Origin: Fidelibacterota bacterium
GTDB lineage: Bacteria > Fidelibacterota > Marinisomatia > Marinisomatales > UBA1611
DNA: 64,000 nt
Direction: 5' to 3'
Assembly: GCA_018658715.1 (NCBI GenBank)
Contig: JABHUQ010000111.1
Span: forward strand, 6,280-70,279
Shown: positions 57,494 through 64,000 of the stretch, in pieces
Numbering within the stretch: position 1 is the stretch's first letter
Layout: each line of letters begins with the position of its first letter
The notes under the pieces: model-generated
Databases searched by the model: none
The model's input: the letters and a program-made list of their open reading frames with translations, nothing else
What the model was told of the DNA's origin: nothing
Program-made: the position numbers and the translations under genes

Positions 57494-59812
57494 ATGAATA
57501 TCATACGCTCTTTAGGATGGATAATTATCTTTCTGTTTTCAACAGTTATTAGTCAGGAACTTGATTCTCGATACCATACGTTAGAAGAAATCTATGAAGC
57601 TATTTATGCCATAGATGAAGATTCAAATACAGATTATTTTTTTAGGATTGATACAATTGGGTTCTCGACGCTTGAGAACATTCCAATTCTAGCTGTAAAA
57701 ATCTCCAATAATGTAAATGTGCGAGAAGATGAAGCTCGCGTTTTATTTATTGGACAAGTGCATGCAGAAGAAGTCATTGGCGTGGAAAGTGTACTTCAAT
57801 TAATAGATGATTTAGTTAATCCAGAACCTATTCAACAAAATCACGTAAATATTCTTAGAGCTAATCTCGAAATATGGATTATCCCAACAGCTAATCCTGA
57901 AGGATTAAATGTGGTGCACGAAGGCTTAGACGTGAGTTATCGCAAAAATAAGCGTGATTTATCGCCAGAAGGGCCATTCCCAAATGGCGTATTTGATTTT
58001 GACCCATCTGTAGGGAATGATTTGGATGGTGTCGATATAAACAGAAATTTTAGTTTTAATTGGACATTTGGAGATACATTCTTAGAACCTGATGCAAGTG
58101 ACTATGCGTCTCATTATGATTATTACAAAGGGGAAGAACCTTTCTCGGAAGGTGAATCCATTGCTATAAGAGATCTAGCTCTCAGAGAACAATTTCTATT
58201 CTCGATCGTGTGGCATAGCTCTAGATCAGGGCGTTTATCTGAAAAAGTATTTACATCATGGTTATGGGAAGAATCTAAACCCTCACCAGACTTAACGTAC
58301 ATGAAAACCATTGCAGACGATTTTGCAGAAGGAATAGAAACGGAAGATGGATCGGGAACATATTTATCTGTATATAGTGGCTCTCGAAATGGAAAATTAC
58401 ATGATTGGTTTTATCGAGAAACTGGATGTATTCAATATTTAATCGAATGTGGAACAGCGATTCTTCAACCGGATAGCACATTATTGGAAAATACCATCGA
58501 ACGCATAAATCCAGCCATGTGGTATTTAATGGATCGTTCTATTGGATATTATATGGATGCATCCCAATTAACTGGAATTGTAACTGACGCATCCACAGAT
58601 GCTCCAATTCAAGGTGCTATTGTTGAAGTACTAGAGCACAGTGGTTCAGTGTTAAAACCGCGCAAAACGGATGAATTTGGGCGCTATAGACGTATATTGG
58701 ATGTAGGTTCCTATACTGTTTCAATTCGCGCAAAAGGATATGAGCCGCAGATAATCAGCGTGGTTGTTAATAATGCAGCCATTACAAATCAAAATGTTTC
58801 ATTAAATCTGGCTCAAAATTATACATTAAATGTGTCAACAATTATTCATGATTTATTGACTGTGGAAAGTACAGGTTATTTATTTACAGAATTTGGCATA
58901 GATACTCTTATTATAGGTGGAACTAATATTATTGAATTACCGGAAGATGATTATCATTTAACATTAATTCGTATGGGAACAATGATGCCATGGGAAAAAT
59001 CATTTCATTTAAACCGCGATATGTCATTTATTGCTGATTTTCAAGAAGCGAATCCTGTCGCACTCGGTGAATCTTGGCCATGGGAAAATGCACAAGGACC
59101 TTGGATTGTAGGAAATGTTATTCTTAAAACTCAAGAAGATTCATACTACGAAAATGGTGATACAGCATTTACTGAGCAATGGATGGAATCGGAGTTGGTC
59201 GATATGTCAGGAAAAAATCGACTGGTTTTAAAGGTAGATCATCGGTTCGAAACTGAATGGGATTATGATCCAGTTTCAATATCGATGATTGATCAAAATG
59301 ACTCTCTACTTGTCAGTAAATCGTGGACGGGGTTAGCGTGGGGAGATTATCAAACAGATTATATGACAGCAATCAATGAAAGTGGATTTGACAGTGTAAA
59401 AATAAGATTAAGCTTTTTACCGGATGAGACGGTGAATTATCACGGATGGGAATTGCAAGAATTAACTTTATTTTCAGTTAATGATGAATATCTTAGTGTA
59501 GCTGCATCACAAGGTGGTTACATGCCTAAAATTCCATTAACACTCAATAGGATATTTCCAAATCCATCTCAAGGAATGTTTCAACTTGATATTGGACATT
59601 GGCCTGGTGGCAAAGGTGGAATTGTAGTTTATAATTTATTAGGTCAAGAAATAGCTCAATATCCAATTAATCAATTATCTCCAGGACGACACTTCATTCG
59701 ATTGAACTTAGAGCAATCTATGAATAAACTTTTAAGTTCTGGTGTCTATTTTATCGTTTTAAATACAGAGAGGGAAATGGTCACACAAAAATGCGTATTT
59801 ATGAAAAATTAA
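57494..59812 (+). CDS. M14 zinc carboxypeptidase with transthyretin-like domain and C-terminal sorting domain
   Basis: HAEE (HxxE), NPEG, RKN, GVDINRNF, WHS, IEC; CarboxypepD_reg-like GIVTDAST..PI.GA; FPNP CTD. Confidence 0.9.
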   Translation: MNIIRSLGWIIIFLFSTVISQELDSRYHTLEEIYEAIYAIDEDSNTDYFFRIDTIGFSTLENIPILAVKISNNVNVREDEARVLFIGQVHAEEVIGVESVLQLIDDLVNPEPIQQNHVNILRANLEIWIIPTANPEGLNVVHEGLDVSYRKNKRDLSPEGPFPNGVFDFDPSVGNDLDGVDINRNFSFNWTFGDTFLEPDASDYASHYDYYKGEEPFSEGESIAIRDLALREQFLFSIVWHSSRSGRLSEKVFTSWLWEESKPSPDLTYMKTIADDFAEGIETEDGSGTYLSVYSGSRNGKLHDWFYRETGCIQYLIECGTAILQPDSTLLENTIERINPAMWYLMDRSIGYYMDASQLTGIVTDASTDAPIQGAIVEVLEHSGSVLKPRKTDEFGRYRRILDVGSYTVSIRAKGYEPQIISVVVNNAAITNQNVSLNLAQNYTLNVSTIIHDLLTVESTGYLFTEFGIDTLIIGGTNIIELPEDDYHLTLIRMGTMMPWEKSFHLNRDMSFIADFQEANPVALGESWPWENAQGPWIVGNVILKTQEDSYYENGDTAFTEQWMESELVDMSGKNRLVLKVDHRFETEWDYDPVSISMIDQNDSLLVSKSWTGLAWGDYQTDYMTAINESGFDSVKIRLSFLPDETVNYHGWELQELTLFSVNDEYLSVAASQGGYMPKIPLTLNRIFPNPSQGMFQLDIGHWPGGKGGIVVYNLLGQEIAQYPINQLSPGRHFIRLNLEQSMNKLLSSGVYFIVLNTEREMVTQKCVFMKN

Positions 59813-62800
59813 TTCTTACTATACTAATTACTAGTTTTGGTTTTGCAGACGGAATAACATTTCGAGGGAAATCCGTTGAAGCTATGGCCCAGGAGACAAT
59901 TCCATTGGCCTTTCAACATTTTGTTGAATCAGAGTTGGATTTGCCCCATTTGACGAATTTAAATCGTGGAAGTTACCTTATCATTGTTCCGGATGGATTA
60001 GTCAGTTATTTAGATCAATTTGTGTCTTTTAAAAAATCGCAAGGATTTGATGTGAACGTTTCTCTTCTTTCTGAGGCGGGGAGTAGTTCGGATGAGATTA
60101 AAACATTTATCGGCGCAACATTGGCTGAAGACCCCATGCTAGAATATGTTTTATTGATTGGTGATGTGGATGGATTTGCCGCTTTGCCTTCTTTTTACTA
60201 TGGCCCTGAAAATGATGTGTCCGATCAAAAATATTCTCACTTGCTTGGAGACGATATTGTCCCAGATGTCTTTATCGGAAGAATGTCTGTAGACAATTTA
60301 ACGGATTTAATCGTTATTCTGTCCAAAACAATGAAATATGCTCGGGATCCTTTAGCTTATGATCAAAACTGGTTAAATCGTGGTCTTATTGTGGCTGGGA
60401 ATTACAGTAACACTTATCCCATTCCCATTACACCTAAATGGACATCATATTGGTTGCGAGATGAATTGCTTGATTTTGGATATTCAAATGTAGATACAGT
60501 TTTTTATCCACCAACGCAACAAGGGGCCCCCCAAATTATTTCTGCTATCAATCAAGGTGCAGGTATTGTGAATTATCGTGGTTGGGGAGATGCGAATGGT
60601 TGGCATTATCCTGAATTCCATGTAAGCGATGTGAATGATTTAAATAATGGTTGGCTTACACCTGTATTTATGAGTTATGTGTGTAACTCAAACGATTTTG
60701 CTAATAATGTAGATCCTTGCTTATCGGAAGCTGTATTGCGCTCAGGGACACCATCCGTGCCAAAAGGGGGTGTTGCTTTTATTGGGCCGTCTGACCTTCA
60801 TACAAGCACAAAATACAATAATATTATTAATGCATATATGTATGATGCAATGTTGAACCATAAGGTAGTCGAATTAGCTCCAGCTATGCTTGCGGGACAA
60901 CTTGGATTACAAAAAGAATTTCCTGAGCAGGATGACGCGGGGGAAGCACAGGAATTCTATACCCATGTTTATAATATTTTGGGCGATCCTTCCTTGCAAG
61001 TTTATACTGGAACACCCAATACATTTTTATTTGATTATGAACCAATTTATGATAATGATGGATTTCTTGACTTAAGAGTAACAGATATAAATGGCCAAAC
61101 TACTCGTAACGCTGTTATCGCAGTCATGATGAATGATGAATTAATCGCAAAAGGATTAACAGATTCGGATGGGCGGTTTTTGGCAAGCTTGGAAAGTCAA
61201 GCTATCTCTAACTATCAAATATATGCGAATAAGAACGGATATATTCAAGGTATGGTTGAAGTACAAAGCAATGAACCAACATCAGATCTTTATTTGAGCA
61301 ATATTACAATATCATCTGTAGACAATGGTGAAATGGTAGGTTTAGGAGAGTCATTTAGTTTATCTATAATTCTTACTAATTCTTCTGGAAATACGGTTAA
61401 TGGATTTAATGGTACTGTCATTTTCAGTGAAGGTGTTGAGTCACAATCTGTGAATGTAACGATTCCAACATTAGAAAGTGGAGAATCATCTACTATGGAT
61501 TTGGTAGATATTGTGATTTACAATCCATTTCATTCAGTTGGTGCAACATTTAGACTAATTAATGAAAGTGGAGACAGAATAGTTGATGGAGTTATTCCAG
61601 TAGAATTACCAATTTTTAATATTACATTCGAAAATACATCAATTACACCCAACTCTACAATTGAGCCGATTTTATCTGTAGAGAGTTTTTCAAAAGTGTC
61701 GTATAATGATGTACATTTTGACATAGGACAGTCTGTGGATGGCGCAGAAGTTGAATATAATAGCGAGTCAAACAATTTATCTGACTTGAGTCCATTTTCA
61801 TCTTCTTTGGAAAGTACAAATTATACGATTAATATTGATGATGTATCCTATGGCAGTGATATAACATTTTTTATAGACTTTGTTAAGAGTAATCATTCTA
61901 TATATAGGCAGGAAGTTCAACTTCATATTGAGCCTCAAACAGAGAATCTCCCTGTGGCCCCATCTCATTATGGTTATTGGGCATTTGACGATACGGATAC
62001 TGGTTTTGATCAAACACCAACATTTGATTGGGTTGAGTTAGATCCAACCTATGGTGGATCAGGTGCAACAGAATATTTATTAGATGATGATGATCATGTA
62101 GATGTTGATTTGCCATTTACTTTCCAATATCATGGACAGGAGTATGATAGATTAACCATTAGCTCTAATGGATGGGCATCATTTGAATCATGCTATATAG
62201 ATTATTTTTGGAATTATACCATACCAATGTACATGGGCCCGAAAGCATTGTTGGCCCCTTTTTGGGATGATTTAGAAGTTGTGGATGAAAATTGGATTCG
62301 TGTTTATACGCGGTATGATGAAGTCAATGGACAATTTATAGTGGAATGGTCTCGAGTACTGAATGGATATGACGAAGTTACAGAAGAAACATTTGAAATA
62401 ATTTTATATACACAGGAAGCAATGTCAACAGAATCTGGCGATGGTGTTATTGATTTCCAATATTTAGAAATTGATGATGTGGATGCTACAAAAAATTATG
62501 CCACCGTGGGGATTGAATCTCCAGAAAAGAATGATGGAATTCAGTATTCTTTTAATCATGGACTTGCATCAGGAGCTGCTCCACTAGCGAATGAACGGAT
62601 TATTCGATTTACAACATATGCGCCGGACAATTATGTTGCCCCGTTAGATGTGGATAATGACATTTATCCATCCGAGTTTATTTTGTCTAATGCATATCCT
62701 AATCCATTCAATCCAACAACACATTTAAATTTGATGATTGGAGAAGATAAATTTATGTCAGTACTGGTTTATGATATGTTGGGAAGAGAAGTAAATACAT

Positions 62801-62949
62801 TAATGTCAAAATGGATCAATGCTGGTCATCATCAAATCATATGGAATGGACAAAATTATTTAGGACAAATGGTCTCTTCGGGACCATACTTTATTGTGGC
62901 AAAAACTCATAATGATACACGTATCCAAAAAGTATTATTTATGAAATAA
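59791..62949 (+). CDS. Second C25 gingipain-like protein with NIDO-like domain and C-terminal sorting domain
   Basis: YLIIVP, YVLLIGD, SDQKYS...PDVFIGRM, NYRGWG, YVCNSNDF, GGVAFIG, YNILGDP; AYPNPFNP CTD. No full propeptide. Confidence 0.88.
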   Translation: MRIYEKLILTILITSFGFADGITFRGKSVEAMAQETIPLAFQHFVESELDLPHLTNLNRGSYLIIVPDGLVSYLDQFVSFKKSQGFDVNVSLLSEAGSSSDEIKTFIGATLAEDPMLEYVLLIGDVDGFAALPSFYYGPENDVSDQKYSHLLGDDIVPDVFIGRMSVDNLTDLIVILSKTMKYARDPLAYDQNWLNRGLIVAGNYSNTYPIPITPKWTSYWLRDELLDFGYSNVDTVFYPPTQQGAPQIISAINQGAGIVNYRGWGDANGWHYPEFHVSDVNDLNNGWLTPVFMSYVCNSNDFANNVDPCLSEAVLRSGTPSVPKGGVAFIGPSDLHTSTKYNNIINAYMYDAMLNHKVVELAPAMLAGQLGLQKEFPEQDDAGEAQEFYTHVYNILGDPSLQVYTGTPNTFLFDYEPIYDNDGFLDLRVTDINGQTTRNAVIAVMMNDELIAKGLTDSDGRFLASLESQAISNYQIYANKNGYIQGMVEVQSNEPTSDLYLSNITISSVDNGEMVGLGESFSLSIILTNSSGNTVNGFNGTVIFSEGVESQSVNVTIPTLESGESSTMDLVDIVIYNPFHSVGATFRLINESGDRIVDGVIPVELPIFNITFENTSITPNSTIEPILSVESFSKVSYNDVHFDIGQSVDGAEVEYNSESNNLSDLSPFSSSLESTNYTINIDDVSYGSDITFFIDFVKSNHSIYRQEVQLHIEPQTENLPVAPSHYGYWAFDDTDTGFDQTPTFDWVELDPTYGGSGATEYLLDDDDHVDVDLPFTFQYHGQEYDRLTISSNGWASFESCYIDYFWNYTIPMYMGPKALLAPFWDDLEVVDENWIRVYTRYDEVNGQFIVEWSRVLNGYDEVTEETFEIILYTQEAMSTESGDGVIDFQYLEIDDVDATKNYATVGIESPEKNDGIQYSFNHGLASGAAPLANERIIRFTTYAPDNYVAPLDVDNDIYPSEFILSNAYPNPFNPTTHLNLMIGEDKFMSVLVYDMLGREVNTLMSKWINAGHHQIIWNGQNYLGQMVSSGPYFIVAKTHNDTRIQKVLFMK

Positions 62950-62951
62950 TT

Positions 62952-62979
62952 TGTAACATTTATGACTTTTGTACATCTA
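62952..62979 (+). promoter_or_regulatory. Candidate ECF-sigma promoter of grxC
   Basis: TGTAAC-N16-CATCTA, 19 nt upstream of the ATG. Confidence 0.35.
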
Positions 62980-62998
62980 ATGTTAAAAGGAAAATATA

Positions 62999-63235
62999 AT
63001 GATTAAAATGTATACAGCCAATTGGTGTACTTATTGTGTTAACGCAAAGAGACTTTTAATGGCAAAAGGGATGGAATATGAAGAAATTAATATTGTCGAC
63101 AAAGGGATGAGTCGAGAAGATTTATTTGAAATTACTGGAGGACGGTCAGTGCCACAAATTGTCATCAATGATAAACCCATTGGCGGATACGATAATTTAC
63201 TCCAACTAGATCAAGCCGGGGAATTATCCGCCTGA
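62999..63235 (+). CDS. grxC: Glutaredoxin 3
   Basis: WCTYC, TGGRSVPQI, IGGYDNL. Confidence 0.92.
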   Translation: MIKMYTANWCTYCVNAKRLLMAKGMEYEEINIVDKGMSREDLFEITGGRSVPQIVINDKPIGGYDNLLQLDQAGELSA

Positions 63236-64000
63236 TAGTATTTCGCAAAATTGTTTTTAACTTATTCCTACTTGGTGTGGGAATGATGGGATGGATATCC
63301 TGTTCATATTTTAAAGTGAAAATAGATCCATTTGTAGATCTCCCTTCTCTTGATGCTCATATTCTAAATACACGTGATTGGCTTCATTATTCGCAAGAAG
63401 AATATATGGCTTTTCAACCCCTTCTAAAGGACGAGCAAGCCATCAATATCAAAAAGAAATTCAAAATTTATCAGCAATTAAAAGCATTGAATCTTCGAAT
63501 GGATAAAGCGTTATCTAATATTACGCTTTCTTTAGATGATCAAAAGAAAATGGCTCTACAATTGAAAGGGCAGCCGGGTTTAGTATTTGTGGATTCCACA
63601 TCGGGAAAATCTCATCCATTATTAGATTCTTTAGTGTCGAATAAACAAAGAATTAACCAATCTCAATCAGTCTTTGAGAGTGGAAAATTGAAATGTATTA
63701 AATTATTTAAAAAACGGAAAAAGCGTCTCGTTTTTATCCGAGATCAGGTGAAACCGTGGCAGAATGAAGTGACTGAATTAGCCTTAAAACGGCATGAAAT
63801 TCGTGAAAGTATGATTCAGTTTGAACACACCCTGGGTGAAGCGGTTTTTCAACAGGAGAGTAATATTTATAAACAAAATATCTCTAAAATGAGTCGAGAA
63901 TTAAATAGAAAAATTGATTCGCTTAATCGATTTGAAAAAAATGTTAAAAATATGAATGGAATTGCTAAAAAAGAAGTTGGTGCTTTTGTTTATAAAACTC
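63232..64000 (+). CDS. Hypothetical coiled-coil lipoprotein, partial
   Basis: Not in the ORF track. Frame is open from CTG 63232 (CTGA overlap with the grxC stop) to the window end: (M)IVFRKIVFNLFLLGVGMMGWISC..., lipobox-like WISC. Confidence 0.7.
   Translation, partial: MIVFRKIVFNLFLLGVGMMGWISCSYFKVKIDPFVDLPSLDAHILNTRDWLHYSQEEYMAFQPLLKDEQAINIKKKFKIYQQLKALNLRMDKALSNITLSLDDQKKMALQLKGQPGLVFVDSTSGKSHPLLDSLVSNKQRINQSQSVFESGKLKCIKLFKKRKKRLVFIRDQVKPWQNEVTELALKRHEIRESMIQFEHTLGEAVFQQESNIYKQNISKMSRELNRKIDSLNRFEKNVKNMNGIAKKEVGAFVYKT

Noticed and set aside
59791-59812. Possible frameshift at ATGAAAAATTAA that would give an MKKLIL start for the second C25 gene
   Set aside because: An in-frame ATG at 59791 already gives a plausible signal peptide, and the upstream gene ends normally in a CTD-type lysine motif.
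870-62116. The many 60-110 aa ORFs antisense to or nested within long genes in the ORF track
   Set aside because: They are shadow frames fully overlapping well-supported genes and have no recognisable motifs.
1-64000. CRISPR arrays, tRNA/rRNA, transposases, integrases, prophage genes
   Set aside because: No repeat-spacer periodicity or such proteins were seen, and intergenic gaps are short. This was by eye only; no covariance search was run.

Overview
A 64 kb, AT-rich, densely packed bacterial chromosomal segment. The gene content (FlgD-Ig/T9SS-type C-terminal sorting domains, gingipain-like proteins, a dockerin, acidic Ca-binding repeats) suggests an FCB-superphylum organism such as Marinisomatota/SAR406; this is inference, not a database result. 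I saw no rRNA, tRNA, CRISPR array or mobile element. Blocks in order: (1) 1-9991, minus strand: probable light/oxidative-stress cluster (DUF2878, DUF1295, SOUL, MarR, RND efflux triad, CarH/LitR-like B12 regulator, SRPBCC), headed by a perfect 27-bp inverted repeat with the start codon in its loop. (2) An unlisted 41-aa peptide gene plus small hypotheticals. (3) 12039-17542: housekeeping run (TPR lipoprotein, pyrD, trmL, rlpA, lipid kinase, cdsA). (4) 17562-24227: uncharacterised 7-gene unit with a GlmL/MutL-like actin-fold ATPase, a barrel-sandwich/KOW partner, a small protein and four membrane proteins, and no B12 mutase in the window. (5) Two secreted CTD proteins, including a composite M6 protease. 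(6) 29276-62949: one gap-free plus-strand run joining a type IVa pilus locus (giant ComZ-like PilX, Ig-repeat lipoprotein), a His-less gingipain-like protein with a dockerin, pgsB-pgsC-pgsW poly-gamma-glutamate genes, a basic periplasmic protein, an outer-membrane beta-barrel, two beta-propeller proteins, an M14 carboxypeptidase and a second His-less gingipain-like protein. (7) grxC and a partial lipoprotein gene. The best candidates for an undescribed system are block 4 and the PGA export/attachment module in block 6.
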